From assembly GCF_902713615.1 (NCBI RefSeq), contig NC_052172.1:6615337-6679336 (forward strand): a DNA stretch of 64,000 bases, written 5' to 3'. This stretch comes from Scyliorhinus canicula. Lineage: Eukaryota. The notes under the pieces were generated by a model that did no database searches, was not told the DNA's origin, and saw only the letters and a list, made by a program, of their open reading frames with translations. The position numbers were made by a program, and so were the translations under genes. How positions within the stretch are numbered: position 1 is the first letter of the stretch; the number at the start of each line of letters is the position of its first letter. Positions 43,803 through 56,094 of the stretch are shown piece by piece.

Positions 43803-46800
43803 GCTGACAGCTTGAATCGACTGCTTCGCTGTGTAAACTAATGGAGCTCAGGACCACGTTCAGAGGCCGCCCCTGTCCTCTGGCTGGTTAAGTACGAAAC
43901 ATTCGGTTGAGGTTAACACGCTGACGTCAGCTTCCGGAATAACAAACCCCCCCCCCCCCCTCCAGTCTTCGGGCGCGTCAGCAGCGCCACATATTGGCAG
44001 ACCACAGCATGACAAGTAGGGATGTAATAGAAGTGTTCACAATGATGACCGCATTTGATTGAATTGATCAGGAAACAGTAATTCCATTGGATGAGGCTCG
44101 TGGACCACAGGGTACATACATAAGATGATTGACAGAAATATACATTGGGTGACAGGGAATTCCTGTGCCCCGGAATAGACTGCCTGATCGAATGTGAGCA
44201 GCAGAATCAATTATATCTTTCTAAAGGGATAATTAGTTGAAGGGGAGACTTTTGGACACCGAGTGGCAGCCACGTTCCAAGATAAAGGGGGTGTGGGATT
44301 TGGGAGCTGGGTGGTGATAATTAGGCAGCAGGCACCAAACGGGAACTGTAAGTGGTTGTAATAAACTCACTCGGTTAACTGGGATGGGTGGCGAGAATGT
44401 GGACCTCGCTGATGCAAAACGTGTTTCAGGAAACAGTGCTGGGTATTTAATAGAATTTCCGTAAATACTGAAGAATTACATCGGAAGAAATTAATTGAAA
44501 GATATTCAATAGTAATAGGTGAGGAAGGTTAGGATTTCTAATAGGGAAGATTTTATAAAGAGAGTTGGCAGAGACTCGATGGGAGAAATAGCCTCTGCTT
44601 TTCTTTTAGATATGGCGGTGCAAGTTTCTGCTCCAATTGGCTAAAAGTGAATCAACGGGTTAAATTATTTTCCGAATACAAACTACAGATTATTACACAA
44701 ACACCTGAAAAGCGGCCTTGAGTCTGAGAAAAGTGAGTTAACGGTTGTCAACAGATTCTCAACCCGCCCTCAGGAGGCAGGTGTCCCTGTGATGAACAGA
44801 TGAACAAAGGCCTTTGTACAGGGTGAAACTCGGAGATGTTTAAAGATTCTGAACTGAATTATTTTCTGTGTGTGTGGGGCATTCCTCTTGGAGCTGAAGA
44901 GGCTATGCCGAGGTTATCCAGAATTGAGGATTTTAGTTTATGTGTCGACTGTAGAATCTACTCCATCCAGCGAAGAAGATGAGGGGCAGAGTTGATTGAG
45001 CCGTTGAGAATCAGGAGCGTTTTTCATCGTGCGAATAAAGAACAATTGTTTCCAGTGGCAGATGGTTCGCTCGCTGAAGGAAAATGCTGTAATATAACTG
45101 GAGGAGCTATTTAGAATCGGTTTCTTCTGTGTTTTTTTATGTTCTGGAAGAGGTCACCTGGAGGGATACTATACGTAGACCGAATCGGGACTGACTGGAT
45201 CATTCTTTATCAGGGCTAGTACAGACAGGGAAGGTAGAATAACCTCCTTTCGCGCTAAATCAGTCTGTGGTCTTATCAGAATCTACCTCTCCATCGTTAC
45301 TACTGTGACGTGTTGATCCGTTAACAACGTCATCTGATTGTAAACATGTTGATGACACCTGAAAGGAAGGACATTATCTACATTGAAAGATTGTTCGTCA
45401 TTAATTAGTGCCAATTGCAATCAATTAAATTTAGACTAAAGAATCTGAGAGTGAAGTAACCAAGGCCAGCGGCCGGAGACTTTGTCATCGAAGACCCAAA
45501 CTGGGGACTGTAAACTGAACCAACTGAATTAGCAGAAAACGCTGAGGCCACAATACCCCGTCCTCCAACCTTAATTTACAGCTCCGCCTTCACCTGATTG
45601 GCTGCAAGTAGCGCACATGGGAGCCGGCGTTGCTCAGGGTTCATTATAGATAAACGGGGTGGGCCAAACGGTGTCTGATGAAATCTATGTGACTCAATTC
45701 AGCCCTAAGAATGATCCTCTCCAGTATCCAACTTCTAATGACAGTGCTGTCTCTAAATGGTGAGAAAGTAGAACACGAGGTGGAAGACAGGAATATGTGT
45801 CACAGAAACAAGTAATTACAAACTGGGACACAGGCAATTGGAGGAGTAGCAATCTTGCGGGTTTCTGGTCCTTCCCTCTCGGAATACAAAAGGAAAATGT
45901 GTCGCTTCCGTTGTATACAACATTGGTCAGTCCAGAATACAGAGCTGAATTTTGGGGAATATCTTACAATACCTTTGGGGTGAGGGACCGCGGGGTGGGG
46001 TGGGGGGGTGGGGGTATCTTCGACGCACCCGTCACACTTGGGATTTCTGAGCTACATTCAAAAGCAGGAACATGCGTGGAACTTTCGACCCATCGAATTG
46101 CCCCGCCAGTGAAGCAGTTGAGGCTCCTTCATTAAATGCTTTCAAGATAAAGATAGATAGTTTTTTGAAGAATAAAGGGATTAAGGGTTCTGGTGTTCGG
46201 GCGGGAAAGTGGAGCTGAAGATCGGCCATGATCTCATTGAATGGCGGAGCAGGCTCGAGGGGCCAGATGGCCGAATCCTGCTCCTAGTTCTTGTAACTCC
46301 ATTTTTCAGCCTGTTCGTATAATCCTCGAGCATTTTGCCAGTCAGAATTCTCCCTAATTCATGCTTGAATATATTCAATAAACGCAGCCTCCACTATTCG
46401 CTCGGAAGACAAATTCCGACAGAATCGACAGATAAATTCCTCTTCAATCCTCTTCTTCTTCTTTGGGCTTCACTAGTTTTACTCAGGGTCCCACAATGCT
46501 AGTTGATTGTGCAACCCCCATCTCCTCTGCTCAGTCACTCATTCCATCTGCTCTAAGGTATTTCTCTCTTTCGTTGTTCCAGGCAGTCTCATCGCCCACT
46601 CGCCGTCACCCAACTCACCACATTTCCGCTCTCTCTTTACCTCTGAAACAGATGACTGGAGCATTTCAGCTTCTGCTGGTCTCCCCTCTCCGATGCTTCC
46701 AGAATATTCCCTGAATACCCCTCACACTCCCCGGCGGGTTGGTTCCTGAATTGATTCCTTTCAGTCCGCTTCACTCATTCAGATGGCATTACTGCCCAGT

Positions 46801-47199
46801 TCTTCTTCCTCTCTGCTTGATGTTGTTGAAGTTTCTGCACGGAATACCAAGCCCCATCTCATTACTGTCTTGTAGATTAAAGAAGAGCATAATGACCCGG
46901 CATCCATCGCTCTCTGGGGCAGTGAGTTCTACAGACTCACGCCCCTTTGAGAGACGTAAGGTTGCTTCAGCAGCAACTTCGGTAGAGTGCACTAGGGAAC
47001 TGGTAATTCTGGATTTGGTGATGCGTAATGAGGTAAACTTGATTCGGGAACTTAAGGTGACAGAGTCTTTTGGGGCAGTGACCACAATATGATATAATTC
47101 GTCCTTCGGTTTGAGAGGGAGAAGCTGCAATCAGATGTAACGGTATTACAATTGAATAAAGGTATCTACAAAGATATGAGGGAAGAGCTGGTCAGAGTT

Positions 47200-47426
47200 T
47201 TTAAAAAATACATTTAGAGTACCCAATTCAGTTTTTCCAATTAAGGGGCAATTTAGTGTGGTCGATCCACCTACCTTGCACATTTTTGGATTGTTGGGGC
47301 GAAACCCACGCAAACATGGGCAGAATGTGCAAACTCCACACGGACAGTGACCCAGAGCCGGGATCGAACCTGGGTCCTCGGCGCCGCGAGGCAGCAGTGC
47401 GAACCACTGCGCCGCCGTTCTGCCCC
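47200..47426 (-). mobile_element. HE1/V-SINE with a 15-bp TSD, inside a CR1 fragment (~47000-47900)
   Basis: GAGCTGGTCAGAGTT at 47185-47199 and 47427-47441. Confidence 0.88.
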
Positions 47427-48129
47427 GAGCTGGTCAGAGTTGATTGGAAGGGGTGCCTAGCAGAGAAGACAGTGGAACAGCAATGGTAGGAGTTTTGGGG
47501 GTTTATTCGGGAGGCACCACAGCAATTCATCCCAAGGAGGATGAAACATGTTAAGGGAAAGACTTTCGCAGAAAGAATAAAGGCTGAGGCTGTTTTCTAA
47601 ATTGCCCAAGGCTTCGGAGATGTGACGCACAAAGGGATGTAGGAGTCCTAGTTCACGATTCTCTTTAGGTTAACATGCAGGTTCAGTAGGCAGTTAGGAA
47701 GGCAAATGCAATGTTAGCATTCATGTCCAGAGGGCTAGAATAAAAGAGCAGGAATGTTCTGCTGAGGCTGTACCAGGCTCTTCTCAGACCCTATTTGGAA
47801 TATTATGAGCAGTTTGGGGCCACGTTTCTAAGGATGAATATGCCGGACTTGGAGGGGGTCCACAAGAATGATCCCGGGAATGAAGAGCTTGTCATGTCAG
47901 AGGTATATTCTCGATGGTATTTAGAAAGTTGAGGGGGAGGAGATGACGGGAACAGCAAGTTGCAGTAGATGAAGTGAGTAAGACAGTACAAAGCTGGGTA
48001 GAGTTTAATGCCGGCCATCCACGGTGGGTCGAAGGTATGAGAGTAATTTCCAACTGGTGCGAGGCAACGTGACGTGGAGGAAACGAATTCGTTGTCCAGC
48101 TCGCCAAATCACTTACCCTGGAACACAAA

Positions 48130-48848
48130 TATAATTCAAAATCATAGGAAGCGGAGTGGAGAACTTGCCCTTGTCTACATCAATGGGAACGATGTAGAAA
48201 GGGTCGAGAGCTTCAAGTTTCTATGTGTACAGATCACCAACAGCCTGTCGTGGTCCCCACCCCCCCCCCCCCAAATGCCGACACTGTAGTTAAGAAATCC
48301 CACCAGCGACTCTATTTTCTCAGAAGACTGAGGACATGTGGCATGTCAGCTACGACCCTCACCAACGTCTACAGATGCACCATAGTTAGCATTTTTACTG
48401 GTTGCATCACAGCTTGGCATGGAGCCTGCTCTGCCCAAGACTGCAGGAAACTACAAAAGTTGGTGAATGTAGCCCAGTCCATCACGCAAACCAGCCTCCC
48501 ATCCATTGACTATCTATAATTCCCGCTGCCTCGGTAAGGCGGCCGGCATAATTAAGGACCCCACGCACCCCAGGCATACTCTCTTCCACCTCCTTTTGAT
48601 GTTTGAGGTCACGTACCAACCGACTCAGGAACAGCTTCTTCTCTACTGCCACCAGACTTTTGAATGGACCTACCTCGTATTAAATTGATCTTTTCTCTAC
48701 ACTTTGCTATAACTTAGACATTATATTCTGTAGTCTCTCCTTCCTTCCTTATATACGGTATGCATTGTTTGTACAGCATGCAAGAAACAATAGTTTTCAC
48801 TGTACACAAATACATGTCACAATAGTAACTCAAATCAAATCAAATCAA
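48130..48848 (+). mobile_element. Rex1/Babar-type LINE 3' fragment
   Basis: KKSHQRLYFLRRLRTCGMSATTLTNVYRCTIVSIFTGCITAWHG...; (TCAAA)n tail. Confidence 0.75.
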
Positions 48849-50040
48849 AGAGACCATAGAACCTCATCGAATTCAGCCTTCCTATCGGGAGAATGTACAA
48901 AATGGTGGATGTTCGACTCGAATTGTTCCAGAGACCGGAACATATGGAACAAAGTGCTCAGTTAGAATCCAAAGACTCCCTCCAGTGCAGATGAGGCCAT
49001 TCGGTCCATCGAGTTGTCACCGACCATCTGAAAAATTTCTGGGCAACGCGCTTCAGGAAGGATATATTGGGCCTAGACAGTGTTGAATGCACATTTACTG
49101 GAATGCGACCAAGCGTTGTGGGTTAAATGTACAGGGGTATGAAGCATAAGGTTGTCTGTATTACCTTCAGTTTAAATATTATACAAAATAATAAAAATAA
49201 ATTGAAAACAAATTATGGGGGTGATTGAATAGTTTAAGCACTGGAGGAGGAATTTTAAGCATAGACACAGAGGAACAAACTGAAGGTGCTCAAGTGTCAT
49301 TCATGTCGTTCATGGTCCTGGGGTGTCCACTGTTGGCTGCTGGAGGAAGAAAGCAGAGTCCCTTAAACAACCCTCTTCACTTTGTTACTTTGCATTTCTA
49401 TCAATCAGCCATTTCTTTCATACGCTCCTGCTATCCTTATTTTATTCGTCAAGTCTTTTCATCATTTATCATCGTCATAGAGCATTACAGCATAGAAAGA
49501 GATCCTTCAGCCGATCTTGTCTGTGTCGGACATTAGCACATACCTATTCCACTCTCGTTGTCCTGAACTTGGTCCGTGGCATTGTGTGCTGCGGCGCTTC
49601 AAGTGCTAATATAAATATTTCCGAAATGCTGTGAGGGTCCCGCCTCCACCACCCATCAGGCAGCGAGTTCCAGATACCCACCACACTCGGGGTGAAAAAG
49701 ATTTTCCTCAAATACCTTCTCAACCTCCCTCCTCTCACGTTAAATTTATGCTCAGTGGTGATTAATACTGCCACTAAGAGGAGTGATTTCTTCCTATCTG
49801 CCCATGTCCTTCATAATTTTGTACACCGCAATCAGATTCCCCTTCAGCCTTCTCTGCTCGAAAGGAGAACAACCCCGGCCTAACCAGTTTCTCTTCATAA
49901 CTCCAGAAATGCTCCAGCCCAGGCAACATCCTGGTGAATGTCCTCTGCACCCAATCACATCCTTCCTGTAGTATGGTGACCAGAGCTGCACCCAGTACTC
50001 TAGCTGTGGCCTAATGAGCTTTCTATAGAGCTCTATCATA

Positions 50041-50815
50041 ACCTGTCTGCTCTGATCTCAAATGCCTTCTGAAAGTCCATAAATAACATCCTTTTAACAT
50101 TCCCCTGCTCACTACCTTACTCGTCTCTTCAAAATATCCCTGTGATGAATCCATGCTGTCTCTTCCTTATTAACTGAACGTTTTCGAGGTATTCAGTTAT
50201 CCAATACCTGATTACAGAGTCCAACAATTTCCCCACCGTAGATGTGAGACTAACCGCACTGGAATTCCCTAGTTTCCTCCTTTCATCCTTCTTAAAAAGT
50301 GGAATGACATGAGCAATTTTCCAACCCAGACCTAGGACTCCTGAATCTAGGGACCTCTGGAACATTACAGTTAGGGCATCTGAATATGTTCCTCTACTTC
50401 CTTTAACACTCTCGGATAAAACCTGGTCCTGGGGATTTGTCACTCTTTAGCTCCATTAATTATCCCATTGTCAATGTTTTATTGATTAATTTTATTTCTT
50501 CTTTGTCCCCCATCCTCAACTGATGTCCCCGGGTTTTCCCTTTCCTCCTACAAGTTACCCTCCTTCTCTACTGCAAATGCTGATGCAAAGTAATTATTCA
50601 ACATGTCTGCCATGTTCTAATAGTCACTGACAATATCCGCACTTTCAGTCTTTCACTGACCAACATTGCTCCGAACCACCCGCGTTCCCGTTCAGTAATA
50701 AAGATATGGTTGAGTCAAATATCAGCTTTTCCCAACAAACTGGCCCCTTTTTTCGCTGAATGTGTTCAATAAATTAGTGCCAGATGGGTTCATGTTATAT
50801 CCTGACAGCTTTCCT
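50041..50815. repeat. Segmental duplicate of 28850-29625 (CR1 remnant plus unique flank)
   Basis: Long colinear high-similarity match visible by eye, e.g. CCTGTCTGCTCTGATCT...TCAAATATCAGCTTTTCCCAACAAA...AAATTAGTGCCAGATGGGTTC. Confidence 0.85.
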
Positions 50816-51308
50816 TTTTAGTCTTTTCTCCATCGTCTGTTTATCCACTTTATTATTCAACTCTTAAATGTACCTCCGCTGTTCACCTGAAGACATTGTG
50901 GCGAGTTCCACATTCCCAGCAGCCTATGGGAATCTATCTCCTGAATTCCGATTCGATCTTTCTCGTGACGATTTTATATTGATGATCTCCTAAATCTGGT
51001 GTCTCCACAAATGGAAACAGCTATCGAACCCGATTCATAATGGCAAACACTTCGATCAGCGCAGCCCCCAAACTGTCCCTTTTCTACAGAAGAACATGTT
51101 CTGTTATCCCTGATATTTATAACAGTTCTGTCAATACCGCTGTCCATTTTCCAGTTCCCCTTTTCCAATGCTCATCTAAATCCAATCACTGACATTGATA
51201 ATAATCTTGATCCTGTTGCCAAAAATATAGTCACTCAGCACGACAAACTACAGCTGCTGAAAGCACCGCACGGTTTTCTCGCTCACAGCTGTCCCCTGCA
51301 CCCTTTGG

Positions 51309-51347
51309 GGTTTTTGTTGAACTGCTCCATCTCTCTGAGTCACTGTG
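51309..51347 (-). other. Consensus 23-RSS of TRBV4
   Basis: CACAGTG + ACTCAGAGAGATGGAGCAGTTCA (23 nt) + ACAAAAACC. Confidence 0.95.
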
Positions 51348-51797
51348 AAGACTCCAGGCGCAGTAATACACGGCCGAGTGATCCACCCGTAGGCTGGAGG
51401 TCGCCAGTTTGAGCTCGGAGCCACTCGGTCTCTTGGCGGTGAAACCGTCCACCGGGTTACTCAAATCCACATCACCGCTAACCGCAGAGTAAAACATAAA
51501 CTGAAGCTCCTTCCTCGGGTATTGTCTGTACCAGAACATATCAGGGTTACTGTTGCCCTGGACACCGCAATACAGTTCCACACTGTCCCCGGGATATTTA
51601 GAGACAGCTGCGGGAGTCTGGCGGACAGTCTGCGAGTTCACGTCTGGGGAAGAGACAAGAGAGGAAGAGGTCAGAACCGGGGTAATCTGGGAGGTGCAGA
51701 AGGGAAGATAGGAAGAAAAAACTAAGAGGAAAGAAAAGTTCCTTGTTAATAATCACTCACATTGAAATAAGATCAGGAGACTCAGTAACGCACACAT
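51348..51797 (-). CDS. TRBV: TCR beta V segment (CAWS type), apparently functional (leader 51761-51797, V exon 51348-51643)
   Basis: MCALLSLLILFQ T|GTGAGT...ccccag|AC VNSQTVRQTP...LYCGVQGNSNPDMFWYRQ...LQFMFYS...SAVYYCAWS; resembles mammalian TRBV30; CRE and AP-1 motifs 70-85 bp upstream. Confidence 0.92.
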
Positions 51798-52259
51798 GTT
51801 GTCTGGACAGGCTTTATTCGAATAACGAATGAACTAAGTCAACAGCGTTGCATCTTGTTGCTTTTTCGACGTCAATGAGTCATGACGTTTTTTCCGAACT
51901 GAAGTCCTTGTCGGTGACCAGGCTCCTCCTACTCTGATTGAAAGGCCCATGATTGGCTGATGGGAACAGGAGACTCCAAAATCGAGAGAGACAGGTGAAG
52001 CGAGTGGGCAAAGCAATAGCAGATGCAGTTTCATGTGGGAAATTCTGAGGTCATCCGCGGTCAGGCCTTATGAAGCGGAAGAGGAATAATACTTAACTCT
52101 GAAGAACTGTGGAGTTACAAAGGCATTTAGTTGCCCCGCTAATCAGAAACCTGAGCACGTTCTGTTTCATTGTAGAGAACCCTCGGTAGATTCTAAAGGG
52201 AATCCGTTTTTCCTTCTGAGCAGACAATTCAGGAAAGGGTGAATTAGAAAGGCTGGTGA

Positions 52260-52470
52260 CGACGCGGTGGCCTAGAGGTTAGCACTGCTGCCTCATGGCG
52301 CCGAGAGCCCAGGTTCGATCACTGACGGTGTGGAGTTTGCAAATTCTCCCCGTGTCTGCATGTGTCTCACCCCCCACAACACAAAGATGTGACGGGTAGA
52401 TGGATTGGCCAATCTAAATTGCCCCTTAATTGGAAAAAATGAATTGGGGACTCTAAATTTTATTTTTAAA
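52260..52470 (+). mobile_element. HE1/V-SINE (short form)
   Basis: tRNA-like head, GGAGTTTGCAAATTCTCCCCGTGTCTGC core, AATTGCCCCTTAATTGGAAAAAATGAATTGGG tail. Confidence 0.8.
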
Positions 52471-53561
52471 AGAGTTAAAAACTGATTCTGCAGAATTATC
52501 TCCCGCCCTTACTGTGAATATTTCTCTCTCAATCTCTCTCGCTGCACTCTGTCTTTCTCTACATAATTCTCTGTGCAAGGAAACTGCATGGAAAAGTAAA
52601 GGGGCTCTGATCTCAGCTGCTGCCCAATCTCAGGCAGTGAAGGAGGATTCACAGGGACCTGGGTCCACAGCCCCCAAGTTCTAGGCCCATCGCCCCTTCA
52701 TTGCCATGCCACCTTCTATTACCCAATCTTGTAATCAGTGCAAATTGAAAGGAAGTGTTGCAAATGCTTAGCAGGTCTGGGAGCATCTGTGCAGACAGAA
52801 ACAGTTCACATTTCGATTCTATATGACTCTTGTTGAGAAAAGTTATACTATATTGCATTGGAAATGTTAACTCTGTTTCTCACTTCACAGATACCGCCCG
52901 ACCCGCTGATTATTTACATCATTTTCGATTGTTCTTTCAGGTTTTCCACCTCAGCTGTATTTCGATTTGAATTTAATATACAACATGCTGGTTCAGAGAT
53001 TGAGATCTGAACGATGGTCACTTGTGAGGGCTGGAACAGGCCGGTCTGGATCATTCATGAACAGAGCGGGAGACTGGAGTGGAGCAGCATAAATCTGAGA
53101 CACAGAGGCACCTGACTGTCCTGGTTAATGATTCACAAAGAGTTAGTCTACAGGTACAGCAAGTGAAGGTGAATGAAACATTGAAGTTTATTGCAAGGGT
53201 TTAGAAGATAATAGTAAGTAAGTATAGGAAGTATAGGAGTTTAGGGAGACAATACGTGGAGTATCATAGAATGATTGAATCCTTACAGTGCAGAAGGTGG
53301 CTATTCGTCCCATCTATGGGTTGAAAGCGCCATTGCCTCACATTGCCAGGGAATTGGGGGCTCGGGTCACTCTGTATGAGGAGTTTGCACTTTCTCCCCA
53401 TGACTGCGTGGGTTTCCTCCGGATTCTCCGGTTTCTTCCCACAGTGCAAAAGATGTGCAAGTTAGGTGGATTGTCCATGCTCACTTTTGGACCCATCGCA
53501 GGTTCCTGCCCCCCCCCCCTCCCCCCACCCCACCCCCACAGCTGTTTTCCAATGCCTTTAG

Positions 53562-53880
53562 GGTTCTTGTTGTATGGTTCCATCTCTCTCAGTCACTGCG
53601 AAGACTCCAGTCCGAGCGCGTCACCCCCTGGCCAACGGACCCCAGGTTGGTCTTATTCACTGGGTCCCCTCGATGTGAAACTGTCCATCGCCCTGTCTGG
53701 ATCGACATAATTTGCAGCATTAGAATAAAACATTAGCTGCAGCTCGGAGGGAGTATTGTCTGTACCAGAACATGTAGATGTTGCTGCAACTGCCCTCCAC
53801 ACTGCAGCTCAATCTCAATCTCTCCCCTGGACATCTGGAGAGGGCGGCGGGAGTCTGGCGGATAGTCTGAGACTTCAAAT
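53562..53880 (-). pseudogene. TRBV: TRBV pseudogene (CAWS family): frameshift after WYRQ, stop, YYC deleted, mutated RSS
   Basis: tttctcag|..SQTIRQTPAALSRCPGERLRLSCSVEGSCSNIYMFWYRQ then out of frame; RSS CGCAGTG-23-ACAAGAACC (53562-53600); the leader may lie in the N gap. Confidence 0.88.
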
Positions 53881-54781
53881 CTGAGAAAGAGACAGGGAGA
53901 GGAGATCAGGAGATGAGACCCTCTGCTTGGTGAAGAANNNNNNNNNNNNNNNNNNNNNNNNNNNNNNNNNNNNNNNNNNNNNNNNNNNNNNNNNNNNNNN
54001 NNNNNNNNNNNNNNNNNNNNNNNNNNNNNNNNNNNNNNNNNNNNNNNNNNNNNNNNNNNNNNNNNNNNNNNNNNNNNNNNNNNNNNNNNNNNNNNNNNNN
54101 NNNNNNNNNNNNNNNNTATTGACAAAAACATCAGAGGAAATGTGGAAGTCTGACTCTGTCTGGGTGAATGGGAGCTTTCAACACAAAAAAATATCGTTTT
54201 TCTACTAAACTAGCACCTCGAGATTTAGGGAGAAAGACGGGAAGACGGTAATTAGTAACAGAGCGGTCATGATCTCAGTCAATGATTGATAAATCCCAAG
54301 ATGCTGGACCGGCTCCTTCACAGACTTGAAGGGCTGAATGGCCTCCTGATGTCCCTGAGCAACAAACTCAAAGGAGGATGAATGACCCTTTGGTTGTGAG
54401 GGGCTGAATGGGCTCTTCATGTTCCTCAATAGCAAGTCCAAAGAGTCTCAATGACCTTCTTTCTTACGCTGTTTCGTAGGTTCACAGGAGCCGAATAGTC
54501 CCTGTGTCCCTGTTAAACAATGTACGACACACTGCTCTCCTTTCATGGTCCTCGAGCGCCGCCTGCTGTTACTCTGGAGAATAATTACACAGTCAATAAT
54601 TGAACCCCAAACAGTTTTCCGCACATCAATCCTTTCAATTCTCCTGTTATGTTTGTCAATCTATCCCCAGATAACCATCCTATATCATTTTTTAATTGTT
54701 TATTGTCACAATCACGTTCATTGTACAAGCATGCGACACCGCCTGGTTATCTCGCTCACAGCTGTTTCTTGCTGCCTTTGG

Positions 54782-54820
54782 GGTTTTTGTTGAACTGCTC
54801 CATCTGTCTGAGTCACTGTG
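54782..54820 (-). other. Consensus 23-RSS of TRBV6
   Basis: CACAGTG + ACTCAGACAGATGGAGCAGTTCA (23 nt) + ACAAAAACC. Confidence 0.95.
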
Positions 54821-55281
54821 AAGACTCCAGGCGCAGTAATAGACGGCCGAGCGATTCACCCGCAGGCCGGTGGACTTCAGGTTGAACTGGGAGCCACTCG
54901 GTCGTTCTGCGTTGAAACCGTCCACCGTCCGCGGCGGAGTCACACTTGCTGTAGCTGCTGAATAAAACATCAGCTGCAGCCCCCTCCCGAGATGTTGTCT
55001 GTACCAGAACATGTCACCGCTACTGGCTCCCTCCGCAGTGCACTTCAGTTCCACTGTCTCTCCAGGGGATTTGCAGACATTGTTAGGAGTCTGATGGACT
55101 GTCGCTGAGTTGACGTCTGAAAAAGATATGGGGAGGTGAGGGAGTCAATAAAGAGGGAGAATTAGAGAATAGGAGGAAGGAAATTAGAAATAAATTAAAG
55201 GATAAATGATGATGCCAAAAAATATTGCAAGAAAAGACATTCACATTGTAATAAATTGACGAGGCTCAGTAACAGATACAT
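54821..55281 (-). CDS. TRBV: TCR beta V segment (CAWS type), apparently functional (leader 55245-55281, V exon 54821-55116)
   Basis: MYLLLSLVNLLQ T|GTGAAT...tttcag|AC VNSATVHQTP...LKCTAEGASSGDMFWYRQHLGRGLQLMFYS...SAVYYCAWS; closely parallels TRBV30 CTVEGTSNPNLYWYRQAAGRGLQLLFYS (from memory). Confidence 0.9.
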
Positions 55282-55724
55282 GTTCACTTGCAATTTGTTT
55301 TGCAAAGAGGAAATCGAGTAAATAAGGCTCTAGTCCTGCTGGAATGAGACCGTCTCCTTTCAAATTATTCAAGTGAATACGTGTCAAGGAGGAGTATACG
55401 TTTGAAGACGCCCCTGACACTGTCACTGAAAGGCCCGCCTTTCTCTGTCATTGGCTGCAAGTGGTGCAATGAAAACAGGCGTTTTCGAACGCGTCACTGT
55501 TTCAAGAAGTGGGTAAATCAGTGGCAGATGCAGTTTCATGTGAACAAGTCCATGTTCCTCCGGGGCAGGGTGAAGGGAGAGATCAGCACTGTCTAACTGG
55601 TGAGAAGAGACGGTCTGTGGAGCAGCTAGTGAATTCATTTCTGTAGCTGTACTAGACTCCCGAAACACGGATAAACATGTACAACAAATATCAAAACCTA
55701 ATGAAATGCTCGCCTTCAATTGTA

Positions 55725-56075
55725 TGGGGGCTCGGTAGCACAGTGGTTAGCACAGTGGCTTCATAGCTCCAGAGTCCCGGGTTAGATTCCGGCTTGGCTG
55801 ATGGTCTGTGTGGAGTCTGCACGTTCTCCCCGTGTCTGCGTGGGTTTCCTCCGGGTGCTCCGGTTTTCTCCCACAGTCCAAAGCTGTGCAGGTTAGGTAG
55901 ATTGGCCGTGCTAAATTTCCCCTCAGTGTCCAAAAAGGTTCAGGGGGGTTACAAGGTTAAGGGAAGAGGTTGGAGTTGTGGTCTGGGTTACGGGGAGAGG
56001 GCCGGTGCGGACTCGATGGGCCCAATGACCTCCTTCTGCCCTGTAATTCCTCCGACTTCTATGAATTCCGGGGAG
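55725..56075 (+). mobile_element. HE1/V-SINE
   Basis: Full head, core and tail. Confidence 0.85.
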
Positions 56076-56094
56076 CTCATAATCCAATGAGGGA

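Noticed and set aside
46789-47130. ORF with LSKGRESVELT resembling a V framework 1
   Set aside because: No Cys, WYRQ or RSS; the DNA matches a decayed CR1 3' end.
30378-55116. Ig heavy/light, IgNAR or NAR-TCR identity of the V segments
   Set aside because: No adjacent D-J-C as in shark Ig clusters. The CAWS/CACS ends, WYRQ...LQLMFYS framework, CRE promoters without octamer and 23-RSS fit TRBV. TRA/D/G are not formally excluded without a search.
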